A DNA stretch of 64,000 nucleotides from Escherichia coli. GTDB lineage: Bacteria; Pseudomonadota; Gammaproteobacteria; Enterobacterales; Enterobacteriaceae. The stretch lies in NCBI RefSeq assembly GCF_024502345.1, contig NZ_JALDNN010000001.1; one strand, 5' to 3'. A program made the translations under genes and the position numbers. This document shows, in pieces, positions 1-14,577 of the stretch. Every line of letters starts with the position of its first letter. Within the stretch, counting starts at the first letter, position 1. The notes below the pieces were generated by a model. The model did no database searches, was not told the DNA's origin, and worked only from the letters and a program-made list of their open reading frames with translations.

Positions 1-178
1 CGTGGCTGCGGCTTTTGCGGTTAACCCCATTGTTGGCGCGGCAGTGTTTGCCGCCAGTAAAGTGCTGGGGCCGCTGTGGAGCAAAGTCTCCATTTTGCGC
101 TATCACATTTCGGGTCCGCTGGACGATCCGCAAATCAACGAAGTGTTGCGCCAACCGCGTAAAGAAAAAGCGCAATGA
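1..178 (+). CDS. yhdP: YhdP C-terminal fragment (gene starts upstream of the window)
   Basis: Open frame from position 2 to TGA at 176..178, directly upstream of tldD on the same strand as in K-12; identity by synteny and weak recall of the C-terminus. Confidence 0.7.
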   Translation, partial: VAAAFAVNPIVGAAVFAASKVLGPLWSKVSILRYHISGPLDDPQINEVLRQPRKEKAQ

Positions 179-253
179 TTTGACGAGGGCGCGTAATTGC
201 CCCAATCTCATAGGATAATCGTTGCCAAAGGCCAACGAGCCAGAACATAACCG

Positions 254-288
254 TAGGCCGGATAGGGCGTTCACGCCGCATCCGGCAG
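254..288. repeat. REP (repetitive extragenic palindrome) element
   Basis: taggccggatagggcgttcacgccgcatccggcag matches the canonical REP palindrome GCCGGATG..GCGT; intergenic yhdP-tldD. Confidence 0.75.
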
Positions 289-318
289 CCGTAAAAAATC
301 CTCTACTGCAGTAACTAA

Positions 319-1779
<1,461 letters not shown>

Positions 1780-1827
1780 TAATTTCAGTATTTTCAGAAG
1801 GATAATTAATCTTTCTACGTGCACGAA

Positions 1828-1868
1828 CGGTCCCCTCGCTCCTCTGGGGTTAGGGTGAGGGGAACCCG
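1828..1868. repeat. GC-rich imperfect palindrome, box C-like intergenic repeat (TCCCCTCGCTC..GGGTGAGGGGAA)
   Basis: Inverted repeat tcccctc/gaggggaa; nearly identical arms recur at 20128..20160. Confidence 0.5.
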
Positions 1869-1906
1869 TTGGCACAGGTTTGTACAACGTAACAGTACAA
1901 TATGAA

Positions 1907-2836
1907 TTACTTCTCTTTCCCGCGCCCGTGCATCTCCTGAAACAATTTACCGACCTCAACAAAATAATCCGTCAGCGAGTTGATCACGACCTGTACCTTC
2001 AGCGGCAGCTTATCTTTTTCGGTATATAACGCATAAACCGGGCGTGGATCTGACTGATAACGCGGCAGCAGGATCTCCAGCTCCCCACGATTGATCTCGT
2101 TGATCACCCACATCAGCGGCACGTAGGCGATCCCGGCACCCGCCGTTAGCCAGCGCACCAGCGTCATCGGATCATTAGTCACAAATCTCCCTTGCGGGAT
2201 CAGGCGAGTCGAGATCCCTTCCGGTGCGATCAGTTCAAATTCATTGTCGGGCCGCACGCTGTATTCAAGCCATGAATGGCTACTTAAATCGGCGGGTTTT
2301 TCCGGTATGCCGTATTGTGTGAGATAGCTTTTCGCGGCGCACACCACCATTGGCATCGCGCCAAGACGGCGGGAAAACAGGCTGGAATCCTGCAACGCGC
2401 CGACGCGGATCACCACATCCAGACCGTCGGCAATCAGGTCGGGGGCTGGAATTCCGGTAACCAGATTGACGCTCAAACCTGGGTATTCTTTCAGCATTTT
2501 TGCTGTCAGCCCGGCGAGAACATTTTGTGCCATAGTTGAAGAACAGCCAATGCGTAGCGTCCCGATGGGGGTGTTATTGAAGGCATACAGTTGCTCATGA
2601 ACATCCTGCACTTCATGAAGCATCCGACGGCAGCCCTGGTAGTAAATTCTGCCGGCTTCGGTCAGGCCAATGCTGCGTGTGCTACGGTTTAACAGCTTTA
2701 CCTGCAACTCATCTTCCAGTTTTGACACCGTCTGACTGATGGACGAAACGCTCATCTGTAGCTGTCTGGCGGCGGCGGTAAAAGAGCCAAATTCAACTAC
2801 TTTGGCAAACACCGACATGCGTTTTAGTCGTTCCAT
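1907..2836 (-). CDS. aaeR: LysR-type transcriptional activator of aaeXAB
   Basis: ORF track 309 aa with N-terminal LysR HTH (MSVFAKVVEFGSFTAAARQLQMSVSSISQ); divergent from aaeXAB. Confidence 0.93.
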   Translation of the reverse strand: MERLKRMSVFAKVVEFGSFTAAARQLQMSVSSISQTVSKLEDELQVKLLNRSTRSIGLTEAGRIYYQGCRRMLHEVQDVHEQLYAFNNTPIGTLRIGCSSTMAQNVLAGLTAKMLKEYPGLSVNLVTGIPAPDLIADGLDVVIRVGALQDSSLFSRRLGAMPMVVCAAKSYLTQYGIPEKPADLSSHSWLEYSVRPDNEFELIAPEGISTRLIPQGRFVTNDPMTLVRWLTAGAGIAYVPLMWVINEINRGELEILLPRYQSDPRPVYALYTEKDKLPLKVQVVINSLTDYFVEVGKLFQEMHGRGKEK

Positions 2837-3018
2837 TATTCACTCTGACTTAAAAGTGATTTAGATCACATAATATAGATAACAGCATAACAGTTACGCT
2901 AATATATTAAATATCAATCTACAGCAATGTTGCTCTCGCCCGGCTTTCCATGCCCTTCTCTGCGGCGACAGATGCTGAAAATAATAACGCCTGCTCTCTC
3001 TATACAACCAAGGTCAAC

Positions 3019-3222
3019 ATGAGTCTGTTTCCCGTTATCGTGGTGTTTGGGCTGTCCTTCCCACCGATATTTTTTGAATTGCTTTTATCACTGGCGATTT
3101 TCTGGCTGGTGCGCCGGGTACTTGTGCCAACAGGTATCTACGACTTTGTCTGGCATCCGGCGTTGTTCAACACCGCGCTCTATTGCTGCTTGTTTTATTT
3201 GATATCGCGACTGTTCGTTTGA
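3019..3222 (+). CDS. aaeX: AaeX small membrane protein
   Basis: 67-aa product [14 protein letters not shown]...; ATG at 3019 chosen over the longer track ORF starting at 2950. Confidence 0.85.
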
Positions 3223-3229
3223 GGTTGAA

Positions 3230-4162
3230 GTGAAAACACTAATAAGAAAATTCTCCCGTACGGCCATCACGGTCGTATTAGTCATTCTGGCCTTCATCGC
3301 AATTTTTAATGCCTGGGTCTATTACACCGAATCCCCCTGGACGCGTGACGCGCGCTTTAGCGCTGACGTCGTTGCGATCGCGCCGGACGTTTCTGGACTC
3401 ATTACCCAGGTGAATGTTCATGATAACCAGCTGGTGAAAAAAGGACAGATACTGTTCACCATCGACCAGCCGCGCTATCAAAAGGCGCTTGAGGAAGCGC
3501 AAGCCGATGTTGCTTATTATCAGGTACTGGCACAGGAGAAACGCCAGGAGGCCGGACGTCGTAACCGTCTCGGTGTGCAGGCGATGTCTCGCGAAGAGAT
3601 CGACCAGGCTAACAACGTACTACAAACGGTTCTGCATCAGTTAGCGAAAGCGCAGGCGACCCGCGATCTGGCAAAACTGGATCTTGAACGCACGGTGATC
3701 CGCGCGCCAGCAGATGGCTGGGTGACCAACCTCAACGTCTATACCGGTGAGTTTATTACTCGAGGATCAACGGCGGTTGCGCTGGTGAAACAGAACTCCT
3801 TCTATGTACTGGCCTATATGGAAGAAACTAAGCTGGAAGGGGTGCGTCCGGGGTATCGTGCAGAGATCACGCCGCTTGGCAGTAACAAAGTGCTGAAAGG
3901 GACTGTTGATAGTGTTGCCGCTGGGGTCACCAACGCCAGCAGCACGCGTGACGACAAAGGGATGGCGACCATCGACTCTAACCTTGAATGGGTGCGTTTG
4001 GCGCAACGTGTTCCGGTTCGTATTCGTCTCGACAACCAGCAAGAGAACATCTGGCCTGCGGGCACCACTGCTACAGTGGTGGTCACTGGCAAACAAGATC
4101 GCGACGAAAGCCAGGATTCGTTCTTCCGTAAAATGGCCCATCGCCTGCGTGAGTTTGGTTAA
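3230..4162 (+). CDS. aaeA: p-hydroxybenzoic acid efflux pump, membrane fusion subunit
   Basis: ORF track 310 aa; GTG start at 3230; N-terminal TM segment then HlyD-like coiled coil. Confidence 0.92.
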
Positions 4163-4167
4163 TCACG

Positions 4168-6135
4168 ATGGGTATTTTCTCCATTGCTAACCAACATATT
4201 CGCTTTGCGGTAAAACTGGCGACCGCCATTGTACTGGCGCTGTTTGTTGGCTTTCACTTCCAGCTGGAAACGCCACGCTGGGCGGTACTGACAGCGGCGA
4301 TTGTTGCCGCCGGTCCGGCCTTTGCTGCGGGAGGTGAACCGTATTCTGGCGCTATTCGCTATCGTGGCTTTTTGCGCATCATCGGCACATTTATTGGCTG
4401 TATTGCCGGACTGGTGATCATCATTGCGATGATCCGCGCACCATTATTGATGATTCTGGTGTGCTGTATCTGGGCTGGTTTTTGTACCTGGATATCCTCG
4501 CTGGTACGAATAGAAAACTCGTACGCGTGGGGGCTGGCCGGTTATACCGCGCTGATCATTGTGATCACCATTCAGCCGGAACCATTGCTTACGCCGCAGT
4601 TTGCCGTCGAACGTTGTAGCGAGATCGTTATCGGTATTGTGTGTGCGATTATGGCGGATTTGCTCTTTTCTCCGCGATCGATCAAACAAGAAGTGGCTCG
4701 AGAGCTGGAAAGTTTGCTGGTCGCGCAATATCAATTAATGCAACTCTGTATCAAGCATGGCGATGGTGAAGTTGTCGATAAAGCCTGGGGCGACCTGGTG
4801 CGACGCACCACGGCGCTACAAGGCATGCGCAGCAACCTGAATATGGAATCTTCCCGCTGGGCGCGGGCCAATCGACGTTTAAAAGCGATCAATACGCTAT
4901 CGCTGACGCTGATTACCCAATCCTGCGAAACTTATCTTATTCAGAATACGCGCCCGGAATTGATCACTGATACTTTCCGCGAATTTTTTGACACGCCGGT
5001 AGAAACCGCGCAGGACGTCCACAAGCAGCTCAAACGCCTGCGGAGAGTTATCGCCTGGACCGGGGAACGGGAAACGCCTGTCACCATTTATAGCTGGGTC
5101 GCGGCGGCAACGCGTTATCAGCTTCTCAAGCGCGGCGTTATCAGTAACACAAAAATCAACGCCACCGAAGAAGAGATCCTGCAAGGCGAACCGGAAGTAA
5201 AAGTAGAGTCAGCCGAACGTCATCATGCAATGGTTAACTTCTGGCGAACCACACTTTCCTGCATTCTGGGCACGCTTTTCTGGCTGTGGACGGGCTGGAC
5301 TTCCGGCAGTGGTGCAATGGTGATGATTGCGGTCGTGACGTCACTGGCAATGCGTTTGCCGAATCCACGCATGGTGGCGATCGACTTCATCTATGGGACG
5401 CTGGCCGCGCTGCCGTTAGGGCTGCTCTACTTTTTGGTGATTATCCCTAATACCCAACAGAGCATGTTGCTGCTGTGTATTAGCCTGGCAGTGCTGGGAT
5501 TCTTCCTCGGTATAGAAGTACAGAAACGGCGACTGGGCTCGATGGGGGCACTGGCCAGCACCATAAATATTATCGTGCTGGATAACCCGATGACTTTCCA
5601 TTTCAGTCAGTTTCTCGACAGCGCATTAGGGCAAATCGTCGGCTGTGTGCTCGCGTTCACCGTTATTTTGCTGGTGCGGGATAAATCGCGCGACAGGACC
5701 GGACGTGTACTGCTTAATCAGTTTGTTTCTGCCGCTGTTTCCGCGATGACTACCAATGTGGCACGTCGTAAAGAGAACCACCTCCCGGCACTTTATCAGC
5801 AGCTGTTTTTGCTGATGAATAAGTTCCCAGGGGATTTGCCGAAATTTCGCCTGGCGCTGACGATGATTATCGCGCACCAGCGCCTGCGTGATGCGCCGAT
5901 CCCGGTTAACGAGGATTTATCGGCGTTTCACCGACAAATGCGCCGCACAGCAGACCATGTGATATCTGCCCGTAGCGATGATAAACGTCGTCGGTACTTT
6001 GGCCAGTTGCTGGAAGAACTGGAAATCTACCAGGAAAAGCTACGCATCTGGCAAGCGCCACCGCAGGTGACGGAACCGGTTCATCGGCTGGCGGGGATGC
6101 TCCATAAGTATCAACATGCGTTGACCGATAGTTAG
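4168..6135 (+). CDS. aaeB: p-hydroxybenzoic acid efflux pump, inner membrane subunit
   Basis: ORF track 655 aa, polytopic membrane protein, directly downstream of aaeA. Confidence 0.93.
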   Translation: MGIFSIANQHIRFAVKLATAIVLALFVGFHFQLETPRWAVLTAAIVAAGPAFAAGGEPYSGAIRYRGFLRIIGTFIGCIAGLVIIIAMIRAPLLMILVCCIWAGFCTWISSLVRIENSYAWGLAGYTALIIVITIQPEPLLTPQFAVERCSEIVIGIVCAIMADLLFSPRSIKQEVARELESLLVAQYQLMQLCIKHGDGEVVDKAWGDLVRRTTALQGMRSNLNMESSRWARANRRLKAINTLSLTLITQSCETYLIQNTRPELITDTFREFFDTPVETAQDVHKQLKRLRRVIAWTGERETPVTIYSWVAAATRYQLLKRGVISNTKINATEEEILQGEPEVKVESAERHHAMVNFWRTTLSCILGTLFWLWTGWTSGSGAMVMIAVVTSLAMRLPNPRMVAIDFIYGTLAALPLGLLYFLVIIPNTQQSMLLLCISLAVLGFFLGIEVQKRRLGSMGALASTINIIVLDNPMTFHFSQFLDSALGQIVGCVLAFTVILLVRDKSRDRTGRVLLNQFVSAAVSAMTTNVARRKENHLPALYQQLFLLMNKFPGDLPKFRLALTMIIAHQRLRDAPIPVNEDLSAFHRQMRRTADHVISARSDDKRRRYFGQLLEELEIYQEKLRIWQAPPQVTEPVHRLAGMLHKYQHALTDS

Positions 6136-6138
6136 GTC

Positions 6139-6168
6139 AAAACCGACGCCAAAAGTGTCGGTTTTTTC
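6139..6168 (+). terminator. Rho-independent terminator after aaeB
   Basis: Stem accgac/gtcggt followed by T6. Confidence 0.6.
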
Positions 6169-6226
6169 ATGGCTATACTTAGCGATGCACGGCAGAACTC
6201 GCCGCGAAACGTGACGGTGGCAACAG

Positions 6227-6499
6227 ATGAATATTTATACCTTTGATTTTGATGAGATTGAGAGTCAGGAGGATTTTTATCGTGACTTTAGCCAAACCTT
6301 TGGTCTGGCGAAAGATAAGGTACGCGATCTCGACTCACTATGGGATGTGTTAATGAACGATGTCCTGCCGCTACCACTTGAGATTGAATTTGTTCATCTG
6401 GGAGAGAAAACGCGTCGCCGTTTTGGCGCGTTAATATTGCTGTTTGATGAGGCAGAGGAAGAGCTGGAAGGGCATTTGCGTTTTAATGTTCGTCATTAG
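6227..6499 (+). CDS. yhcO: barstar-like ribonuclease inhibitor YhcO
   Basis: ORF track 90 aa, [21 protein letters not shown]...; barstar-like fold protein at this locus in E. coli. Confidence 0.85.
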   Translation: MNIYTFDFDEIESQEDFYRDFSQTFGLAKDKVRDLDSLWDVLMNDVLPLPLEIEFVHLGEKTRRRFGALILLFDEAEEELEGHLRFNVRH

Positions 6500-6500
6500 C

Positions 6501-6529
6501 GCAAAAAAAAGCCCCCGAACCGGGGGCAA
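6501..6529 (-). terminator. Rho-independent terminator of yhcN (hairpin shared with the yhcO 3' end)
   Basis: gcccccgaaccgggggc hairpin at 6511..6527 with an A8 run on the plus strand, giving U8 after the hairpin on the minus strand. Confidence 0.7.
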
Positions 6530-6554
6530 TATCGTCGGACAAGACGATGAGGGT

Positions 6555-6818
6555 TTATTTGTACAGTTCAGCCGTAGCGTGCCAGGTGTCACCGCTACGA
6601 GCTTCAGTAATCTGGTAGGCCGTTGCGCCTTTCTCTTCCGCTTTTTTGTTCAGCATTTCACGCATATCCATTGGCGAAGACGCCACACCACTTACGGATA
6701 CGGTCCCGATTGCTTCACGATTTTGTGCTTGTGCAGCATCAATGGAGTCGGCAGCGAATGCACCGAAAGAGAGAACAGAAAGTACGCTTAATGCAGCAAC
6801 AGTGGTTTTGATTTTCAT
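6555..6818 (-). CDS. yhcN: DUF1471 periplasmic stress-induced protein YhcN
   Basis: 87 aa with signal peptide MKIKTTVAALSVLSVLSFGAFA; ATG at 6818 with a GAGG Shine-Dalgarno, preferred to the longer track ORF. Confidence 0.85.
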   Translation of the reverse strand: MKIKTTVAALSVLSVLSFGAFAADSIDAAQAQNREAIGTVSVSGVASSPMDMREMLNKKAEEKGATAYQITEARSGDTWHATAELYK

Positions 6819-7182
6819 GATTTTTACCTCGACATAATCTTTTAGCTGGGCCTTTGTTTCGTGACCCATATCACAAAATCAAGTATACACTAATTATTGA
6901 GCTAATTAATACCGCGCTAACTGTTTCAGTTGATACTAAGTGTTAAAAATGTGAATTTTAATAACAAAAAAGTATTAAAAACACGGTTATTTATTATAAA
7001 TACCAGTTTTTTCAATCAGATAATGAATTTTGCATAATGTGCTTTTTTTACCGTATGTATTCACTATGTGAATGATATGTCGCGGTAAAACGCACTATTC
7101 GTTAAATGAATCGCAGGGGAAAGCAGGGGATTGAGAGGGATAAGCAACATTTTCCCCGCCGCCAGAAGCGACGGGGCAGAGA

Positions 7183-7656
<474 letters not shown>

Positions 7657-7675
7657 TCACCCGATATGGTGGTTG

Positions 7676-7715
7676 ATACAACATTATTGTGCATACAGAT
7701 GAATTTTTATGCAAA
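7676..7715. promoter_or_regulatory. candidate ARG box pair (ArgR autoregulation operator)
   Basis: ATGAATTTTTATGCA resembles the ARG box consensus TNTGAATWWWWATTCANW, about 45-60 bp upstream of the argR ATG. Confidence 0.45.
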
Positions 7716-8012
7716 CAGTCAGCCCTGAAGAAGGCTGAAATAATGTTATGAAAGAGCGGGATTTTATCAAATTTCGTTATTGAGAAACATGCCTGCGTCA
7801 CGGCATGCAAATTCTGCTTAAAAGTAAATTAATTGTTATCAAATTGATGTTGTTTTGGCTGAACGGTAGGGTATATTGTCACCACCTGTTGGAATGTTGC
7901 GCTAATGCATAAGCGACTGTTAATTACGTAAGTTAGGTTCCTGATTACGGCAATTAAATGCATAAACGCTAAACTTGCGTGACTACACATTCTTGAGATG
8001 TGGTCATTGTAA

Positions 8013-9026
<1,014 letters not shown>

Positions 9027-9046
9027 TTGATTAGCGGATAATAAAA

Positions 9047-9078
9047 AACCGGAGCACAGACTCCGGTTTTTTGTTTTG
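9047..9078 (+). terminator. Rho-independent terminator after mdh
   Basis: ccggagcacagactccgg hairpin followed by a T-run. Confidence 0.75.
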
Positions 9079-9088
9079 AGCGCACGAC

Positions 9089-10156
9089 TCAATTGGTTGC
9101 CGGATATTCCTGAATGGTGACCTGCAGCGTTAACTGCTTATCATCACGCATCACTACAACCGGGATCACCGAACCAGGGCGAATTTCTGCCACCTGATCC
9201 ATCGTCTCCAGAGCAGAGATGGCCGGTTTGTTATCCACCGAAATAATCAGATCGTTGACCTGAATACCCGCATTCGCCGCCGGGCCGTCAGGTGACACTT
9301 CATTAACCACGATCCCTTGCAGTTGATCTATACCACCGCCCTGCGCGTGCAGTGGTGCGATCTCGCGTCCGCCGATACCAATGTAGCCGCGGATCACGCG
9401 ACCATCGCGGATCAGCTTATCCATAATTTTGGTTGCTAACTGGAAAGGAATCGCAAAGCCGATACCTTCCGGCGTTTCGCCATCGTTACTCTTATCAAAC
9501 GACAGCGTGTTAATGCCCATCAGTTCGCCCAGCGAGTTCACCAGCGCGCCGCCAGAGTTACCGTGGTTAATGGAAGCATCGGTTTGTAGGAAGTTTTGCC
9601 GCCCGGTCGGGTTCAGACCGATTCGACCCGTGGCACTAATAATCCCCTGGGTAATGGTCTGCCCGAGGTTGTACGGGTTACCGATCGCCAGTACCACGTC
9701 GCCAATGTGCGGTACGCGACGTGCATTAATTGGAATGGTAGGTAAACCGCCAGTGGCATTAATTTTAAGTACCGCCAGATCGGTTAGAGAGTCAGATCCC
9801 ACCAGCAATGCTTCAAATACACGTCCATCCTGTAAGGCGACGATGATCTGATCGGCGTCGTTGATGACGTGTTTATTGGTGATGATATAACCGCGTTGAT
9901 CCATGATTACACCGGATCCCAGGGTGCGGATCTCAAGCTGGTTGTGAGAGTTGGTGTTCAAACCACGGTTGTAAACGTTAACCACCGCTGGCGCGGCGCG
10001 GCGAACCGCCAGATTATAACTGGCAGGCGTCTCATCGGTACTGTCAAATTGCGGAGTGGAAAGCGGGTTAAGGCTGCGCAGCGAAGGCATGGCAACCAGC
10101 AGAATAGCGCCGACAATTAATCCAATCGCAACGGAACGTAAGAGCTTCACAAACAT
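9089..10156 (-). CDS. degS: inner-membrane serine endoprotease DegS (sigma-E stress sensor)
   Basis: ORF track 355 aa; trypsin-like protease plus one PDZ domain. Confidence 0.95.
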   Translation of the reverse strand: MFVKLLRSVAIGLIVGAILLVAMPSLRSLNPLSTPQFDSTDETPASYNLAVRRAAPAVVNVYNRGLNTNSHNQLEIRTLGSGVIMDQRGYIITNKHVINDADQIIVALQDGRVFEALLVGSDSLTDLAVLKINATGGLPTIPINARRVPHIGDVVLAIGNPYNLGQTITQGIISATGRIGLNPTGRQNFLQTDASINHGNSGGALVNSLGELMGINTLSFDKSNDGETPEGIGFAIPFQLATKIMDKLIRDGRVIRGYIGIGGREIAPLHAQGGGIDQLQGIVVNEVSPDGPAANAGIQVNDLIISVDNKPAISALETMDQVAEIRPGSVIPVVVMRDDKQLTLQVTIQEYPATN

Positions 10157-10245
10157 GATGGAGGCGTCATTAAAAAAGGGAACGGCAGCAGCATACCACG
10201 AGTTAACCGGACATCACACGTCAGCCTGATGCCCGGTTTACGACA

Positions 10246-11613
10246 TTAACGCATCAGCAGATAGATGCTTTCATTGCCGCGTACAATTTGCAGGGCGATG
10301 ATGGCCGGTTTTGCCGTCAGCACTTTACGCATTTCAGCAATCGAGTTCACCCGATCGCGGTTGACGCCAATGATCACATCGTCTTTTTGCAAGCCAGCCT
10401 GAGCAGCTGGGCTTCCTTTGACAACTTCATCGATCTTAATACCTTTGCCGCCATCTTTTAGCTGACCATCGCTCAACGTTGCACCTTCCAGCGCTGGCGT
10501 GATCATTTCAGCGCTGGCCGACGAAGAGGTGCTGGTATCGAGCGTCACTTCTACTTCCAGTGGTTTGCCGTTACGCAGCAGGCCAAGCTTCACTTTCGTG
10601 CCCGGCTCGGTGGTCGCGATACGAGAGCGCAACTCAGCAAAGCTATTCAGCGGTTTGCCGTTGAGGCTGGTAATAATATCGCCCGCTTTGACGCCCGCTT
10701 TCGCCGAGCCAGAACCTGGCAACACTTCGCTGACAAACGCGCCACGCTGCACGTCAAGGTTGAAGGCTTTGGCGATATCGGCACTCATCTCGGTGCCTTT
10801 GATGCCTAACAAACCGCGTTTGATTTCACCAAAGTCGATAAGCTGCTGCGCCAGTGTTCGCGCCATATTACTGGGGATGGCAAATCCAATTCCGACGCTC
10901 CCGCCGCCAGGCGCAAGGATTGCAGTGTTGATGCCAATTAACTCTCCGTTAAGGTTTAACAGTGCACCGCCGGAGTTACCGCGGTTAATGGAAGCATCTG
11001 TCTGGATAAAGTTTTCCAGACCTTCAAGATTCAACCCGCTGCGTCCTAATGCGGAAACAATGCCAGAGGTGGCGGTTTGCCCAAGGCCAAATGGGTTACC
11101 GACCGCCACGGCAAAATCACCGACGCGCAATTTATCGGAGTCGGCAATAGCGATTTGCGTTAATTTGCTCGGGTTTTGAATTTGCAACAGGGCGATATCG
11201 CTCTGGTCATCGCTACCAATCAGTTTTGCATCAAACTCGCGCCCATCATTGAGCTGAATACTGATTTTCTGTGCCTGATTAATCACATGGTTGTTGGTCA
11301 GCACATAGCCTTTACTGGCGTTGATGATGACACCGGAGCCTAAACCTTCGAAGGGTTGTGCAGGTTGATCCGGTAAATCATCACCAAAAAACTTTTTGAA
11401 TTCTTCCGGGATTTTCTGTCCCTGACTGGCCGTTCCTTCCACCCGTACGCTCACCACTGCCGGAAGCACTTTTTCCAGCATTGGAGCCAGACTGGGGAGG
11501 GGGGCCTGATCGGCAACCTGGCCTGGAATCGACGCGACGGCCTGAAATGACGCCGAGAGAGTTAACCCGACACTTAACGCTAATGCACTCAACAGCTGGG
11601 TTTGTTTTTTCAT
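10246..11613 (-). CDS. degQ: periplasmic serine endoprotease DegQ
   Basis: 455 aa from MKKQTQLLSALALSVGLTLSASFQAVA signal peptide; protease plus two PDZ domains. Confidence 0.95.
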   Translation of the reverse strand: MKKQTQLLSALALSVGLTLSASFQAVASIPGQVADQAPLPSLAPMLEKVLPAVVSVRVEGTASQGQKIPEEFKKFFGDDLPDQPAQPFEGLGSGVIINASKGYVLTNNHVINQAQKISIQLNDGREFDAKLIGSDDQSDIALLQIQNPSKLTQIAIADSDKLRVGDFAVAVGNPFGLGQTATSGIVSALGRSGLNLEGLENFIQTDASINRGNSGGALLNLNGELIGINTAILAPGGGSVGIGFAIPSNMARTLAQQLIDFGEIKRGLLGIKGTEMSADIAKAFNLDVQRGAFVSEVLPGSGSAKAGVKAGDIITSLNGKPLNSFAELRSRIATTEPGTKVKLGLLRNGKPLEVEVTLDTSTSSSASAEMITPALEGATLSDGQLKDGGKGIKIDEVVKGSPAAQAGLQKDDVIIGVNRDRVNSIAEMRKVLTAKPAIIALQIVRGNESIYLLMR

Positions 11614-11766
11614 TATTCCTGCTCTCGTACCTGAATGATAAGAAAAGAGATTCAAAACAGTTTGATGTTATTGAATTTTCAGACGGCTAACAATGAGACA
11701 CCAGATTAAATGATAGTCGGGGAGGGAGAGAAGAGGAGGGCGCAATGGCTGCGCCCGAAAAATAAA

Positions 11767-12165
11767 TTAGTCGCGCTTCGCGCCAGTACGCAGCAGGCCG
11801 GATGCGCCTTCAGAATAGTCGCGAGGCATCTGCACCGGTGCCTGATCGTTGCTGGCTTCAGACTCTGCCAGACGATTACGGAACGGGTTTGCTTCAGCAG
11901 ACAGTTCCGGCAGCAGGCTGCTGGAGCTTTTCGCCATGTGCTGATACAGCTGGCGATAGTCGTGCGCCATGGTATCCAGTAATTCCGCGCTGCGGGCAAA
12001 GTGGCTAACCAGCTCTTCGCGATACTCGTCCAGTTCAGCTTTATTCTTTTCCAGTTCGTACTGCAACGCCTGTTGCTGGCGTAGTTTACGATTACCAAAA
12101 CGCATGGCCACAGCACCAATAATGATGCCGACGACTAACCCAATTAGCGCATATTCCCAGGTCAT
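11767..12165 (-). CDS. zapG: cell division protein ZapG (YhcB)
   Basis: 132 aa from MTWEYALIGLVVGIIIG..., N-terminal TM helix plus coiled coil. Confidence 0.85.
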   Translation of the reverse strand: MTWEYALIGLVVGIIIGAVAMRFGNRKLRQQQALQYELEKNKAELDEYREELVSHFARSAELLDTMAHDYRQLYQHMAKSSSSLLPELSAEANPFRNRLAESEASNDQAPVQMPRDYSEGASGLLRTGAKRD

Positions 12166-12358
12166 GAACATCTCCCGTTGTCTTTTGTTTCCGTAGGGTG
12201 TTGGCTTCAGGCTCCATGCCTGCGGCTGATTATGCCACTATAACCGTTAATTCCACAGAAGTGGAATCCCGACTGCATATCGCGTAGTGTAGAACGGCCT
12301 TTTTTTCGTCAACCGTGAACAACGGCGCACCGATTATTCAAGGAATAACAATAAGATC

Positions 12359-13486
12359 ATGCAAAGCGTTACCCCAACATCGCAATACCTGAAGGCGCTC
12401 AATGAAGGCAGCCATCAACCCGACGACGTTCAAAAAGAGGCCGTCAGCCGCCTGGAAATTATTTATCAGGAACTCATCAATAGCACGCCACCAGCCCCCA
12501 GGACGAGTGGGCTAATGGCGCGGGTCGGTAAGCTGTGGGGTAAACGCGAAGACACAAAGCATACGCCAGTGCGTGGCTTATATATGTGGGGCGGTGTAGG
12601 ACGCGGGAAAACCTGGCTGATGGACCTTTTCTATCAAAGCCTGCCGGGAGAGCGGAAACAGCGCCTGCACTTTCACCGTTTTATGCTGCGGGTGCACGAA
12701 GAGTTAACTGCCTTACAGGGGCAGACCGATCCGCTGGAAATTATTGCCGATCGCTTTAAAGCCGAAACTGACGTGCTCTGTTTTGACGAATTTTTTGTTT
12801 CTGATATTACCGACGCCATGCTACTTGGCGGTCTGATGAAAGCCCTGTTCGCCCGCGGTATTACCCTGGTAGCGACGTCAAATATTCCGCCGGATGAACT
12901 TTATCGAAATGGCTTGCAACGTGCGCGTTTTCTGCCTGCAATCGATGCCATTAAACAGCATTGTGATGTAATGAATGTGGACGCTGGTGTTGATTATCGA
13001 CTGCGTACACTCACTCAGGCGCATCTGTGGCTTTCGCCACTCAACGATGAAATCCGGGCGCAAATGGATAAACTATGGTTGGCGCTGGCGGGGGCGAAAC
13101 GAGAAATTTCACCAACGTTAGAAATCAACCATCGGCCATTAGCGACAATGGGCGTCGAGAACCAGACGCTGGCGGTCTCTTTTACTACGCTGTGCGTCGA
13201 CGCCCGCAGTCAGCATGACTATATTGCGCTCTCACGTCTCTTTCATACGGTCATGTTGTTTGATGTACCAGTTATGACGCGGTTGATGGAGAGCGAAGCG
13301 CGGCGCTTTATTGCGCTGGTGGATGAGTTTTACGAGCGCCATGTCAAATTAGTGGTGAGTGCAGAAGTGCCGCTGTATGAAATTTATCAGGGTGAGCGGC
13401 TGAAGTTTGAGTTCCAGCGTTGCCTGTCACGTCTGCAAGAGATGCAAAGCGAAGAGTATCTGAAGCGCGAGCATTTGGCGGGTTAA
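12359..13486 (+). CDS. zapE: cell division ATPase ZapE (YhcM)
   Basis: ORF track 375 aa; Walker A GGVGRGKT. Confidence 0.93.
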   Translation: MQSVTPTSQYLKALNEGSHQPDDVQKEAVSRLEIIYQELINSTPPAPRTSGLMARVGKLWGKREDTKHTPVRGLYMWGGVGRGKTWLMDLFYQSLPGERKQRLHFHRFMLRVHEELTALQGQTDPLEIIADRFKAETDVLCFDEFFVSDITDAMLLGGLMKALFARGITLVATSNIPPDELYRNGLQRARFLPAIDAIKQHCDVMNVDAGVDYRLRTLTQAHLWLSPLNDEIRAQMDKLWLALAGAKREISPTLEINHRPLATMGVENQTLAVSFTTLCVDARSQHDYIALSRLFHTVMLFDVPVMTRLMESEARRFIALVDEFYERHVKLVVSAEVPLYEIYQGERLKFEFQRCLSRLQEMQSEEYLKREHLAG

Positions 13487-13617
13487 AACCTGCCACAAAT
13501 CACAAAAAGGGGTCGATCTTTGACCCCGACTTCTCTATAATCCTGCGACCCCACGTTACAAGAAAGTTTTTTTCCCAAAACTTTTTGTGTGCTGGCATAG
13601 GCTATTCGAAGGGGTAG

Positions 13618-14133
<516 letters not shown>

Positions 14134-14145
14134 TCGGGATTATAG

Positions 14146-14541
<396 letters not shown>

Positions 14542-14577
14542 TTGGCTTCTGCTCCGGCAGAAAACAATTTTCGAAAA

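Noticed and set aside
13509-13541. Hairpin ggggtcgatctttgacccc plus TATAAT upstream of rplM, as a terminator and promoter pair
   Set aside because: The TTGACC to TATAAT spacing I counted is only about 10 bp, so I could not confirm a promoter by eye.
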